A DNA stretch of 64,000 nt from Candidatus Heimdallarchaeota archaeon (GCA_019058275.1 JAHLVW010000062.1:64001-128000); one strand, 5' to 3'; shown: positions 39,119 through 49,984, counted from the first letter of the stretch. Program-made: numbers and translations. The notes: a model not told the origin generated them from the letters alone.

Positions 39119-41830
39119 ATGAAAAACAGGAATCTATTTACAATTTTCTTTAGAAGATATTTCACAAAAATAATTCCTTCCTTTATTGTAAGCTTTATGA
39201 TTTTTTGCATAATTGGAGCGATTTCAATACTGGTCGCACATCAATCAAATCTAGCATTCAAAGAAGCAATTTCAAATGGATATTCCGATTTAGATGGTAA
39301 AATATCATCACCAGGAGGATTTGAGGATCTAGATTTAGAGGATATTCCTTTAAAACTAAGTAATATATCAATAGATTCTAACCTTTCTGTTTGTTTTAGC
39401 GTAATCATTGCTGTCAACATAGTTGCAGAGAATAATGAAACTTTTACTATTCCTTTTTTTGGTCTTGATGATAATCTATTGACTAGAATGAACATTTCAG
39501 ATAGGAATTCAATTGTAACTAGAATGGACCAAGACTTGATTAATGTTTCCTCGATAGATGATAGCTCAAAAAACTACCAAATATCAATAAATGAGAATGA
39601 GAGTATAGTCAATGATTGGCTATTTTCAAGCATAATTAGAAAAACCCAAAGTTATTATAGTCTCCAATTAAAACATGATAAATATAATTACAGAAAATAT
39701 TTTCTAATGGGAAATCTAAGTTTTTGTATTGAGGTTGCAAAGGAATTAGAAATTACTGAAGCTAATGTAGGTAGTTTTTTCTATGGTTTTATTGATGAAA
39801 GTATTTTAGAGAATTTCTCTCCTGAAGAAGTACTTGACATAATAGATCAATATGAAAAAAATCTTTATTTGGAATTAGTTAGAATTGGAATAGACCCTGA
39901 TTACATAAGTATTTCTTCTTCAATAGATATAGATATACATAATACGTTGGTTTCAATTTATAGTGATATATATGATATACAATTGTTGTCAATTCCAAAT
40001 ATAGTACTTATATTCCTGCTAATTTTTACAATAGACGTAGGAGTTAATGGAATATTGAAAAGCCTAAGAAAGAAACTTTGGTTAAAAGGTTTCTCAGATA
40101 GAAAAATAAATACAATGTTCTTTATTATTGAGATTATTCCAGATTTGGCAGCATTTTTGTTGTCTATGCTTCTAGTTTTATTACTTGGACAAATTCTAAA
40201 CATAACAAATTTACTTAATATCACATTTGTAAAAACATTAGGTCTGACTTTTATAATCATCATTCTCTGTAAAGTTATTAATTTCTTCTTTCTAAACAAG
40301 ACTAAAAGAAATGGTACAACTGAAGAATCAGTTTCCAAAAGATTGTCTGATAGAACTCTCAATATTGTTAAAATTTCAAGTATTGTCTTATTGATGCTAG
40401 TTGTTTTTATGCAAATTGCTCGAGTATTTACTTCTCTTTTTTGGTTTCCACTTATTAACGGGTCAACAAAAATAATTTTCGATGTATTTACAGCGATAAT
40501 ATTACTTTTGATTATCATAATTTTATTTTCTTCTAAGTTTAAAGGGAAATCTGTTTTTTCTAAACAAAGTAAATTAAGAAATCTTTTCAAAAGATTGTTT
40601 ACAAATGAAAAGAAGAAGATTTTAGCTCAACAATTAATAGTTTTTAGCTTCTATTTATTATTGACATTTATGATTGTTAATTATCAAGCAATGAGTGTAT
40701 ATTCAAATAGAAATGAAAATATTTTTGATATAGAAATTACTTATCATGGTTCACAAGATACGGGTATAGATCTTTCTCAGATTCAGAATGTAACTACTGC
40801 TTTACCAGAAGTAAAAAATATGAGTCTTGAAGATAGATTAGATGCTAATGTAATTTTTGATTTAAAACAATGCAAGTCTAGAATTTGTGCAATAAATACA
40901 TCTATTTATTCAGAAAAGGATCTTGGTTGGAATCATTTTATAGGTATAACAGGCGATTCAAATAGGAATATTCTTAGCCAGATGAATAATGGAACTATTA
41001 TCATTAGCCAAAAACTAGCAGAAGAAATAGGTGCAAGAGTTGGTGACTATATTACACTAGATGATGAAGATTTTCTAATAGGAAATGGGACTGGTGTAGA
41101 TGTTATTATCGAAAACCTAGAAGTTGTAGGAATTTCTGATATGTTACCAAAACTTCACGGGAATGTTTATTATTCAAATCCTTGTGCTATTATTGATTTT
41201 AAAATAGTTGATGATTTAAGAAGAAATCTGAATTCAACAAGAATCGCTCAAACACTCAGATTTGATCTTGAATATGAAACGGAAAATGAAACCTTAATTC
41301 AAATTTTGCAAAGTCAGACTTTAGACTCTTTTATAGAAATATTGAATTTGGATTTATTGCCTTATGTTTTTATTACTATTAATTCAGCTTCTTATAACAA
41401 TCCTTCAAATGTAGGTCCTTCCTACTATGATATCTATTTAAACTTTCTAAGGTTCGAAATTGCTTTCGAGATTATTTTTTTGCCAATAATAACACTAATA
41501 TTCAATAAGAAAATTCTTAGCTCTATAAATTCAAAATTCCAAATTTTAGGTTCTCGTGGATTTGATGACAAATTGATGAGGAGACATTATAGAAAAGAGG
41601 TATTCTCTTCAATTATTGCAGGAAATATCCTTGGAATTGTTATTGGAATAACTGTCTGTTTAATGAAACTTAGTTATAGTTTACCTAGTTTATTTCTAAT
41701 TGGAAACTTTAGTATTTTAATTGAAGCAGCAATTTTAATTTTATTATCAATTATTATTGGATTAGGAACTTTGGGAATGCTGAACATAAGTCTTAACAAA
41801 AATCTAAAAACGCTAAAAGATGGAGGTTAA
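39119..41830 (+). CDS. FtsX/MacB-like ABC transporter permease
   Basis: Two TM bundles separated by large extracellular domains, LWLKGFS and LGSRGFD coupling-helix motifs, adjacent to an ABC ATPase. Confidence 0.75.
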   Translation: MKNRNLFTIFFRRYFTKIIPSFIVSFMIFCIIGAISILVAHQSNLAFKEAISNGYSDLDGKISSPGGFEDLDLEDIPLKLSNISIDSNLSVCFSVIIAVNIVAENNETFTIPFFGLDDNLLTRMNISDRNSIVTRMDQDLINVSSIDDSSKNYQISINENESIVNDWLFSSIIRKTQSYYSLQLKHDKYNYRKYFLMGNLSFCIEVAKELEITEANVGSFFYGFIDESILENFSPEEVLDIIDQYEKNLYLELVRIGIDPDYISISSSIDIDIHNTLVSIYSDIYDIQLLSIPNIVLIFLLIFTIDVGVNGILKSLRKKLWLKGFSDRKINTMFFIIEIIPDLAAFLLSMLLVLLLGQILNITNLLNITFVKTLGLTFIIIILCKVINFFFLNKTKRNGTTEESVSKRLSDRTLNIVKISSIVLLMLVVFMQIARVFTSLFWFPLINGSTKIIFDVFTAIILLLIIIILFSSKFKGKSVFSKQSKLRNLFKRLFTNEKKKILAQQLIVFSFYLLLTFMIVNYQAMSVYSNRNENIFDIEITYHGSQDTGIDLSQIQNVTTALPEVKNMSLEDRLDANVIFDLKQCKSRICAINTSIYSEKDLGWNHFIGITGDSNRNILSQMNNGTIIISQKLAEEIGARVGDYITLDDEDFLIGNGTGVDVIIENLEVVGISDMLPKLHGNVYYSNPCAIIDFKIVDDLRRNLNSTRIAQTLRFDLEYETENETLIQILQSQTLDSFIEILNLDLLPYVFITINSASYNNPSNVGPSYYDIYLNFLRFEIAFEIIFLPIITLIFNKKILSSINSKFQILGSRGFDDKLMRRHYRKEVFSSIIAGNILGIVIGITVCLMKLSYSLPSLFLIGNFSILIEAAILILLSIIIGLGTLGMLNISLNKNLKTLKDGG

Positions 41831-41835
41831 TAGAA

Positions 41836-42498
41836 ATGACATATATAATCATTGAATCATTATACAAAATCTATCAAGGAACTGTTGAAACAGTTGCTCT
41901 AGAGAATTTCAATGAGAAAATCGATAAGGGTGAAGCTGTTGCTATTGCAGGCCCTAGTGGAAGTGGGAAAACAAGTCTTCTGTCTTGTATTGGTGGTGTT
42001 TTGAAACCAACAAGTGGAAGAATACTGATAGATGGTATTGATATCACCAAATTATCGGATGATGAGTTAGTTGATTATCGCAGAGATCAAGTAGGATTAA
42101 TTTATCAAGATTTTAATCTAATTGATGAATTTTCGATCTATGAAAATGTTGTTTTACCTATGCTAATAGCAAAAAAAACCAAATCAGAAATTGAAGCACG
42201 CGCTAATGAACTTTTAGAAGCATTAGATATTCAACGTTACATAAAAACTTTTCCAAATTACCTCTCAGGAGGTGAAAAGCAAAGGGTTGCTATTGCTGTA
42301 GCTTTAGCAAACGATCCGGATATTATCTTAGCTGATGAACCTACAGGAAATCTTGATTTAGCATCACGAGAGAATGTTATAGATATACTCACCACCAAGT
42401 GTAAAGATCTGAATAAAGCTCTTCTGATTGCTACCCATGATCCATTTATAATGAAAAAAATCGATCGTATAATTGATTTGCCAAAATTAATCAGGTGA
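41836..42498 (+). CDS. ABC transporter ATP-binding protein (LolD/MacB-like)
   Basis: GPSGSGKT, LSGGEKQRVAIA, ILADEPTGNLD and ATHD. Confidence 0.95.
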   Translation: MTYIIIESLYKIYQGTVETVALENFNEKIDKGEAVAIAGPSGSGKTSLLSCIGGVLKPTSGRILIDGIDITKLSDDELVDYRRDQVGLIYQDFNLIDEFSIYENVVLPMLIAKKTKSEIEARANELLEALDIQRYIKTFPNYLSGGEKQRVAIAVALANDPDIILADEPTGNLDLASRENVIDILTTKCKDLNKALLIATHDPFIMKKIDRIIDLPKLIR

Positions 42499-42505
42499 TT
42501 CCTAT

Positions 42506-44839
42506 TTGAAAATATCATTGCTCTTCCTTAGGAGATATTGGAAGCTGTACTCTCAGCATTTCTTTTATATATTACTAAGTATACTGATAGTTTCTACACC
42601 AGCAATTGGAGGAGCAATTTTTGATAAATTAACAATTGCAAGTTTTTTAAATGCCCAAAATAATGACCTTGAAATTTCAAATGATTTGGAATTAGGATAT
42701 TCAGCAACTAATATTTCAGATTTAGAATCAGTTATTCTTGATTTGTCTAATTATAGTGAACAATGGAACAAATATTTTTCAAATTATTCATTGTTGTTAA
42801 TATCAGATTATGAAGTCAATAATTTAACTTTTACAATTGGAATTGATTTTTCAATAAGTTCAACTAATTTAAAAAATGCTAATTTTCCATTACACCAATT
42901 TAATTATTTTAATAATAACATATCTTTAGAGAATTTTCTTGCAAGCTCTGAAATACCTTTTGAGGTATCATTAATTTTTAGCTATGATTTTTTCCAAACT
43001 CTGGACCTTACAGCTCTTAGAATTATGTCTAAAGTATCATATATAGGTCAAATCATTGATTTTAACACAAAAAAAATTAGATCACCTGAATCATATTTGA
43101 AATTTATTGAGGAGTTACTCGATAAAATAGATTATTATTTATCGACTAATAATATTCCTCTTTACAGCTCAAATGAAGAAAGTTCTTTTCAGATTGAAGA
43201 CATTATTTTTTACAAGAATCAGTTCGACTCTTTAATTTTGTTAATTTCATTAGTCACACTAATTATTACAATTTGGCTAAGTGAATTCTTTAGTGATAAT
43301 TTCTCAAAAGAAATTAGGAGAAAAATTGACAAATTATATATAAGAGGTTTAGAACACAAAAGAGAAAAGATTATTTCAGTTTTCATTCCATTAATTGTTG
43401 ACTTGTCCTGTTTTCTTTTTATTGGAATAGTATTACTTGTTACAAATATCATAATAAGCTTGGATTTTCTCTTGACAATTATTATCATAGGCATTTTTTT
43501 AATTTTGCTTATTTACAGGAATTATAAGAAATACAGTAAATCAGATCAAACAATTTTGAATTCTAAATCAATAATTTTATTTGTATTAATATTGGCGATA
43601 GTCTCAATAACACCTATTTTACTAAGGCAATTCATCTTTACTCTCATCCCAGATACCATCTATTCATACATTATACTCTTCTCTCAAGCAATTCAATATT
43701 TCATTATTACATTGCTTATAGCGGAAATATTCATCAAGAAAATTGCTACTAGACTATTTAGTAAATTTGGGATAAAAAATCTCATTAACAAATTATTCAA
43801 TAAAAGGGAATACGTTTTTCGACAGTTATTTCATTCAACATTGCTTTTAATATGGGGCTCTACAGTAGTAACTGGCGGTTTTCAAACTTTCTCTACTAAC
43901 TATAATCTAAATTTTGGGATGGAATATCCAACAGATTTAGTGATTTCTACTGATGTTTATTTATTTAATATTTCATCTATACAAAATAATGACAATTTTT
44001 CTTCAGTTATACCAATATCTCATACACAAGAAAGTTTCTTTTTAAACTATGATCTTTATTTAATGAATATTTCAGTAATCCAAAAGCTAATACCTAATCT
44101 AAAGAAATACTATGGTTTATCTAAGCTAAAAGAAGGTATATCCTATATGTCAAAAGATTTTGCTAAAGAATTTAATTTTGTTGATGGAGAATATTTTCCA
44201 ACTAAAATGGGAGAAAATGAATCATCTGTATATATTGACCAAGAGATTAAGATTATAGATTATTTTCCATTTGTAAAGAAAATTGAAAATAGACCATTTA
44301 TTGTTTCATCTTTTAATTTGCAGTATAGTAACATAACTAGAGTATCAAAACTTTATTTGAATATGAATAATGAAATCAATAAAAGTGTAGCAATAGAATA
44401 TTTAGAACAACAATTAGATATATCTGTTCAGGAAATTGATATGCCTATTTATGTGAATTATAATTTTCTTATTGGTATCTTTCAAGCCTATTTTATATTA
44501 GTATCTTTAGCTATAGTTTGGTTAAGCATAAAACAATTATTAGCAAAAATACGGATTCCAATGAAAACATTTTATCAGAGAGGAATGTCAATTAGGCTTA
44601 TCAAAAAAAGGCAATTTAATAACTTAGCTTTAGTACTATTAATTTCAGCTCTATTGGGTGTTTCATTAGGAATTCTCTTTTTGTTTCTTCAGCTACCAAC
44701 TGCTGTGTACACTATTCATCAATATTATCCTATACAAATCACTTTTTGGTATAGTTTATTATTTATTCCAGTCTTACCACTACTATATGATTATACTATT
44801 ATTACTCAAAGGAATTTTCATTTCTCAAATAATACTTAG
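42506..44839 (+). CDS. Second FtsX-like ABC permease
   Basis: Same topology as 39119-41830, with LYIRGL and FYQRGMS motifs. Confidence 0.7.
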   Translation: MKISLLFLRRYWKLYSQHFFYILLSILIVSTPAIGGAIFDKLTIASFLNAQNNDLEISNDLELGYSATNISDLESVILDLSNYSEQWNKYFSNYSLLLISDYEVNNLTFTIGIDFSISSTNLKNANFPLHQFNYFNNNISLENFLASSEIPFEVSLIFSYDFFQTLDLTALRIMSKVSYIGQIIDFNTKKIRSPESYLKFIEELLDKIDYYLSTNNIPLYSSNEESSFQIEDIIFYKNQFDSLILLISLVTLIITIWLSEFFSDNFSKEIRRKIDKLYIRGLEHKREKIISVFIPLIVDLSCFLFIGIVLLVTNIIISLDFLLTIIIIGIFLILLIYRNYKKYSKSDQTILNSKSIILFVLILAIVSITPILLRQFIFTLIPDTIYSYIILFSQAIQYFIITLLIAEIFIKKIATRLFSKFGIKNLINKLFNKREYVFRQLFHSTLLLIWGSTVVTGGFQTFSTNYNLNFGMEYPTDLVISTDVYLFNISSIQNNDNFSSVIPISHTQESFFLNYDLYLMNISVIQKLIPNLKKYYGLSKLKEGISYMSKDFAKEFNFVDGEYFPTKMGENESSVYIDQEIKIIDYFPFVKKIENRPFIVSSFNLQYSNITRVSKLYLNMNNEINKSVAIEYLEQQLDISVQEIDMPIYVNYNFLIGIFQAYFILVSLAIVWLSIKQLLAKIRIPMKTFYQRGMSIRLIKKRQFNNLALVLLISALLGVSLGILFLFLQLPTAVYTIHQYYPIQITFWYSLLFIPVLPLLYDYTIITQRNFHFSNNT

Positions 44840-45196
44840 TGATTGTTTTTTAAAAATGAAAAAAATTAATAGATAAAGTCTAACTATTCTTTTGTAAGCT
44901 TTGTTCGAGCGTTCACACTAAAAACATTTTCTTTTTGTTTTTGATGTTATTTTTTGTTTTCATATAATATGATAAAATCCCAGCGAAATACAGAAAGACT
45001 CTTTCCTATACTCTTGGTTTATGATTTATTTAATCAGTGGTTTCCTATTCATATTCTCGTCTTCAAAGAATTTTTTCAGTGCTTCACTTTCGTAAAGTTC
45101 CTGATACTTTCGTGTCTTAACCATAGTTAATACCTTATTTTTTGCATAAATATACAAAGAATTCTGAGTTTATAAATTAAGTAAAGCTACCTTCGT

Positions 45197-45267
45197 TCAT
45201 CCAGAAGAACATAAAATTCACATTGTTCAAGGGGAATGTGATTTAATTTCGGAAGATGGGACAAGAA
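45197..45267 (+). repeat. Right copy of the 71-bp imperfect direct repeat (attR-like)
   Basis: Matches 38964-39034. Confidence 0.85.
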
Positions 45268-45386
45268 CCAAAGTAAAAGCAGCTGATTCCATTTACGTCC
45301 CTCCAGATGAAAAACATGGGTACGAAAACACTGGTTCTGAAACACTCAAATTCATTTGTGTTATTCCACTTCTAAAAAAAGAATGA
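45198..45386 (+). pseudogene. Cupin gene, displaced 3' part
   Basis: Reads HPEEHKIHIVQGECDLISEDGTRTKVKAADSIYVPPDEKHGYENTGSETLKFICVIPLLKKE*, including cupin motif 2. It has no start codon. Confidence 0.85.
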
Positions 45387-45421
45387 ATATGATGAAATAA
45401 AAACTATCTATTCATCATTTC

Positions 45422-46774
45422 TTATTTCCAATTTTTAAATTCATCAATAACAGTGATAATCATTTTCATTCCATCTATGAAATCATCAATGTAAATATTC
45501 TCATTTGGTGCATGTGAATTAGTATTAGGATGTCCACAACCTAATGAAACAACTGGCATATGATCACCAAAAAGGTACATCGGACCAGAACCACCTGAAG
45601 TTGATTGAATTGTTGCTTCATGATCATAGACTCTTTTGTTAGCTCTTTTACAGAGTTTTACAAAATCATTATTAACATAGGTTTTAGATGGTGGATAACC
45701 ATTTGACCAATCGAATGTTAAATCGCTAAATCCATTATCATCAAGGTATTTTCGAAGATTCTTGAGTATTTTCTTAGGATCTTGGTTTTTAACTAATCTA
45801 AAGTCAATCTTTGCTGAGGCTTGTTTAGGAATGACTGTTTTTCCTCCTTCACCTTGCCAACCAGCTGTGAAGCCACAGAGATTACAAGTTGGTTTAGTAA
45901 AGTATGCTACTTTTGCTTCATCATCATTCATACCATAACGGTATTCATCAATGCCAAAGTGTTCTTTTGTTTCTTTAGGATAATTATTGTATTTTTCAAT
46001 AACCTCTAGCTCTTCTTTAGTTATCTTTTCAATGTCATCATAGAAATGAGGTACGAGGATTTTTCCATCTTTATCCTTTAAAGAGTTAATAGCTTGTAGC
46101 AATCTTTCACCAGCATTTGGTAAGTGTGTTGCATTTGCGGAATGCGAGTCAATATCCATTTGCTTTACAGAAAATTGTACATAAAGTATCCCTTTAACGC
46201 CTAGAATGAACTCCTGGAAGCCTTCACGGTTACTACCTCCAAATTCCCAAATACAACCATCAACATTCTTAAAGAAATCAAGATCTTTATCAAAATAATT
46301 TGTGAGATTTTTACTACTACTTTCTTCCTCGGTTTCTATTACAAATTTAATATTGCATGGGAGTTCTAAACCAGCATCCAACCAAGCTCTAACAGCATGA
46401 ATTCTACAAACAATTTCATCTTTGTTATCTGCTGTTCCTCTACCAAACATTCTTCCATCTCTGATACTTAGTTCAAAGGGAGGAGATTCCCATAAATCAA
46501 AAGGTTCCGCAGGCTGAACATCAGCATGATCATAAATCATCAAAGTTCGTTTTGCACCTACATCCATCAAACCTGTAACAACAGGTCCTCCACCAGTTTC
46601 ATGAATTTTAGTTTCAAAACCATTTTCCTTCAATAGTTTAGCTGAGAATTCAGCAGCTTCAACCAAAAATTCTTCCTTAGCAGAAACTGAAGGAATAGCT
46701 ATAAACTCAGCTAAATCCTTTATAGCTTTGTCCTTTCTTTCTTCTATTAATTTGTAAATTTTATCAAGTGACAA
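45422..46774 (-). CDS. M20/M25/M40 family metallopeptidase
   Basis: YDHADVQP, GRGTADNK, ETEEESSS, DSHS and HAPNE. Confidence 0.9.
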   Translation of the reverse strand: MSLDKIYKLIEERKDKAIKDLAEFIAIPSVSAKEEFLVEAAEFSAKLLKENGFETKIHETGGGPVVTGLMDVGAKRTLMIYDHADVQPAEPFDLWESPPFELSIRDGRMFGRGTADNKDEIVCRIHAVRAWLDAGLELPCNIKFVIETEEESSSKNLTNYFDKDLDFFKNVDGCIWEFGGSNREGFQEFILGVKGILYVQFSVKQMDIDSHSANATHLPNAGERLLQAINSLKDKDGKILVPHFYDDIEKITKEELEVIEKYNNYPKETKEHFGIDEYRYGMNDDEAKVAYFTKPTCNLCGFTAGWQGEGGKTVIPKQASAKIDFRLVKNQDPKKILKNLRKYLDDNGFSDLTFDWSNGYPPSKTYVNNDFVKLCKRANKRVYDHEATIQSTSGGSGPMYLFGDHMPVVSLGCGHPNTNSHAPNENIYIDDFIDGMKMIITVIDEFKNWK

Positions 46775-46852
46775 AATAAAATCATCCTTTTGCGTTTTGT
46801 TTCTATAAACGCATGAGCATTAATTAATTTTGGTACTTTCTTAGAAAAACAA

Positions 46853-47092
46853 TTAATTGAAATATAGTTCTTGTCCTCCAACATCGATAGCTGATAATGA
46901 CCATCCACTTATTGTTATTGGATTCTGTCTTATATCAATACCCAAAGTTGTTCTTGGATCTTTCATAACTGGTTCGCCAGTTTCTAAATAACGTACTAAT
47001 GTAGTTTTACCTGCTCCTGAAGCTCCTAAGATAACCAAGCTTGCTTTGAGCTCTACCTTTTTTTGTCCAAAAAGTTTTGAAAGCCAACTCAT
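46853..47092 (-). pseudogene. Truncated Arf/Sar-like small GTPase
   Basis: Amphipathic N-terminus MSWLSKLFG, G1 GASGAGKT, G2 TTLG and G3 DVGGQ, then a stop with no G4/G5 before the next gene. Confidence 0.8.
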
Positions 47093-47182
47093 GTTATTAC
47101 CTTCAGTAGTTTCAGTAAAGAAAGTATAACAAAATGGATTAATAAATTAATTCCTAAAAAATAAAGATTTTAGAAATGAAAA

Positions 47183-48757
47183 TTATTCATTTCTAATTGT
47201 TATATCTCCAGAAAATGTTGCAATGTTATAGATATATTGAATGGTTTTCTCATCGAAATTTGCTGTTTTGTAGTATTCTTGTTCATTTGGTAAAACAATA
47301 TTTCCAGTAGTTGTATCTGTAGTGACTTCCACTCCAACATCTAATTCGCTCATTAAATAACTAATATCAATAATGCCAGATGAAGAATCAATATCAAAAG
47401 TTGCTGTATGATTAATCAATGGAATGGATTCTGGATAAAGATCTAAAACAATATCACCTGAAAAGGTCTCAATAATCCAAGAAATATTATTGTAAAAGGT
47501 TACGCCAATACAATTTACAGTTATAGAACCTGAACTACTATCTAATGCTATATCGCTAAGATAAATATCAACAAACTCTTGGAAATCAACTATTATATCA
47601 TCTGAAAATGTAGTAATTATTAAATCAGAAGCATTAAAGATACTTGAATGGTCAATACCAAAATTAATGTGGCCTGAACTTGAAGAAATTGTGAAATCAT
47701 CTAAATTTATATCAGTGTTATCTTCAAAAACAATTTCAATATCACCTGAAAATGTTTCAGCGATGAAGCTTGTTGAATCAAAATTTAAACAATGAAGGGA
47801 ATAAAAGTCAATACTTCCAGAGCTAGTTTTTAATTTGAAGGTTGAAGTGATGATCTCTGCATAAGATCCTATTTGCATTTCAATATCTCCTGAAAAAGTT
47901 TCAATAGTAAAGTTAAGGGAGTTCACAAGGAGATTATTAGATGCAAAGAAATTAATCCTGCCTGAGCTAGAGTAGATTGATACTGCAGCATTTGTAGTGA
48001 TATTTGTGTATGCTCCTAGATTGACATCAATATCACCTGAAAATGTTTCAATATCTAGTTTCCTGATTTCAACATTAGGAGTATCAATCATGCTAATATC
48101 AATATAACTTGAAAATGATTTCAAATTATATTCAATTGCTATTGCTGGATTTATAGTTATATAGAGCTCATGACGAATTGAAGTTTTGTCCCAATAATTA
48201 AATTCATCTTCAGCAAAGGAAATTGTTGTTCGATTGTTAATCATATTTTCTGAAAAGGACTTAGCATCAGTGATGTTAGCTTGGGATTGACCATAAACTT
48301 CAATGGTGACTGATAAAAGAGTGGATAAACTATTATCATGTTTTATTCTTATGTCCCCTTGAAACATATCCAGATTTAATTCGATAATCTCTGTTGTTTC
48401 AGAATGATATGTGTAGTAAAGATCACCCATGTAGTAATAGGTCTGGGTACTTCGAGTTGAAAAGTAAACAATAGGTGTAATTATCCCTATTGATGTAATT
48501 ATTATAAAACTAATAATTAAGATGGAACTTAGTTTCCTTCCTTGAATCTTCTTAGGTACAGGTTCATAATCAGTAATGGGTTCTTGATGTAGTTTCCTTT
48601 TTTCTTCAGTAGATTCTTTTACTTCCTCAATGATTCCACCACAATTATGACAGAAACGTGAATTATCATCTATTCTTGCTCCACAATTTTTACAATATCT
48701 CATGAAAACACCAATTTTGTCTTTAGTTACTACTGGAGTAGTGACATATATATACAC
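47183..48757 (-). CDS. Zinc-ribbon + TM + DUF4097/adhesin-like beta-solenoid protein
   Basis: CKNC-x10-CHNC, a single TM, and alternating ETFSGDI / SSSG.I repeats. The true start is probably MRYCKNC (~48703). Confidence 0.75.
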   Translation of the reverse strand: MYIYVTTPVVTKDKIGVFMRYCKNCGARIDDNSRFCHNCGGIIEEVKESTEEKRKLHQEPITDYEPVPKKIQGRKLSSILIISFIIITSIGIITPIVYFSTRSTQTYYYMGDLYYTYHSETTEIIELNLDMFQGDIRIKHDNSLSTLLSVTIEVYGQSQANITDAKSFSENMINNRTTISFAEDEFNYWDKTSIRHELYITINPAIAIEYNLKSFSSYIDISMIDTPNVEIRKLDIETFSGDIDVNLGAYTNITTNAAVSIYSSSGRINFFASNNLLVNSLNFTIETFSGDIEMQIGSYAEIITSTFKLKTSSGSIDFYSLHCLNFDSTSFIAETFSGDIEIVFEDNTDINLDDFTISSSSGHINFGIDHSSIFNASDLIITTFSDDIIVDFQEFVDIYLSDIALDSSSGSITVNCIGVTFYNNISWIIETFSGDIVLDLYPESIPLINHTATFDIDSSSGIIDISYLMSELDVGVEVTTDTTTGNIVLPNEQEYYKTANFDEKTIQYIYNIATFSGDITIRNE

Positions 48758-48869
48758 CTTTTTCTATTCAAAATTGGAAAAAATATGGTTCAAATAGAAA
48801 TTTCCATGATAAATGTAAATTAGTTTCAAAGTTTCCTCTTTTAAACCTCTAAATTGTAATTAGTAATAT

Positions 48870-49280
48870 TTAATCTGGTTTTTCCTTTAAGTGTTGTATT
48901 TTTTTTACTATTAGCTCTAAATCTTCATGATATTTAGGAATCTCCATAGCTAGTGCTTTTAATAGAAGTAATTTCTCTAATGATATAATCAAATAATTTT
49001 CTTTTACTATTGCATTTTGATTTAGATCAAAATAATTATGCCAGCGTATTGTCTTCCAAATCTCGAAATCATAGATACAGACACCTTTGTCTCCAAAAAT
49101 ATCTTTTAAATTATTAGGGTATTTTTTAGCTAATTGAACATAATCATCTTTTATAACAATAATATCATTATCATTTCCTGCTTTCCTTAAACCATAATAT
49201 TCCATTGCTTTTCCTCCAACTAGCAATGGTTTCTTGATGAATTTGTAGTTTAATATTTCAAGGTTTAATTCCATCATCAA
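48870..49280 (-). CDS. Minimal nucleotidyltransferase-fold protein
   Basis: LLVGGKAM..YGLR...DND(I) and ISLEKLLLLK...K...DL match Pol-beta superfamily minimal NTase patterns. Confidence 0.65.
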   Translation of the reverse strand: MMMELNLEILNYKFIKKPLLVGGKAMEYYGLRKAGNDNDIIVIKDDYVQLAKKYPNNLKDIFGDKGVCIYDFEIWKTIRWHNYFDLNQNAIVKENYLIISLEKLLLLKALAMEIPKYHEDLELIVKKIQHLKEKPD

Positions 49281-49978
49281 TCCTCAGTTGATCTTAACAT
49301 ACCTATCATTTGCTTCAAATCATTTGGATTGTCAAGAATTTCTATTAATGCTTTTTCTGGGTCTTTTTGATTTTCTAGAAATCTTGTTGTTAACATTAAA
49401 AGATCTCCTTTAAAACCAATAACTCCATGAATAGGCATTCCACCTATGCTTGAAACTTCTTTTACAGCAATATGATCTGCAGGTAGTGTAATTACTTTAT
49501 CTGATGTCGATTCCTCAAATGCTATTGTTTTGCATGGAAGATTTTCATCCCAGTTACCTAAAGCTGTCAAATAGCTTTTACCAAGTGCTAAATATATGAA
49601 ATCAGGATTCTCTTTCTCGATAATTTCTTGATAATCATTAGGGATAGTTAGCATATTTGCACGGTTGATAAGCTCTTCTTTTCTCATTTCAGTGAAACTG
49701 CATTCATATGGTGGCATCATATCATTTTCATTAACGATACCAAATCCTGCAGATACAATATAGTATCCAACATCAAACATTTTTCTCAAATGTCTTACAG
49801 CAGCATTTACACTGATATTAAGTGAACCTCGATACATGTCTTTAGCTTTATGCTTTTCTGTAAAATTCGGTAGATAAGCTTTTCTCATTTCCTTGGAACT
49901 GATTTGTTGACATGTAGGTTGATTTGGATAGGAAACTGCTTTTCTCTTGCTACATGAAGCGAATACTAGTATTTTCAT
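49277..49978 (-). CDS. DUF6884/YaaA-like protein
   Basis: SCSKRK, AKDMYRG, IVSAGFG, PYE.SF and LALGKSY. Confidence 0.65.
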   Translation of the reverse strand: MKILVFASCSKRKAVSYPNQPTCQQISSKEMRKAYLPNFTEKHKAKDMYRGSLNISVNAAVRHLRKMFDVGYYIVSAGFGIVNENDMMPPYECSFTEMRKEELINRANMLTIPNDYQEIIEKENPDFIYLALGKSYLTALGNWDENLPCKTIAFEESTSDKVITLPADHIAVKEVSSIGGMPIHGVIGFKGDLLMLTTRFLENQKDPEKALIEILDNPNDLKQMIGMLRSTED

Positions 49979-49984
49979 TTTTAT

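Larger units (their letters stand above)
38964..45267. mobile_element. Degenerate genomic island inserted in the cupin gene, carrying an ABC exporter cassette
   Basis: Split host gene with flanking direct repeats and a visibly AT-rich cargo. No intact integrase. Confidence 0.65.
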
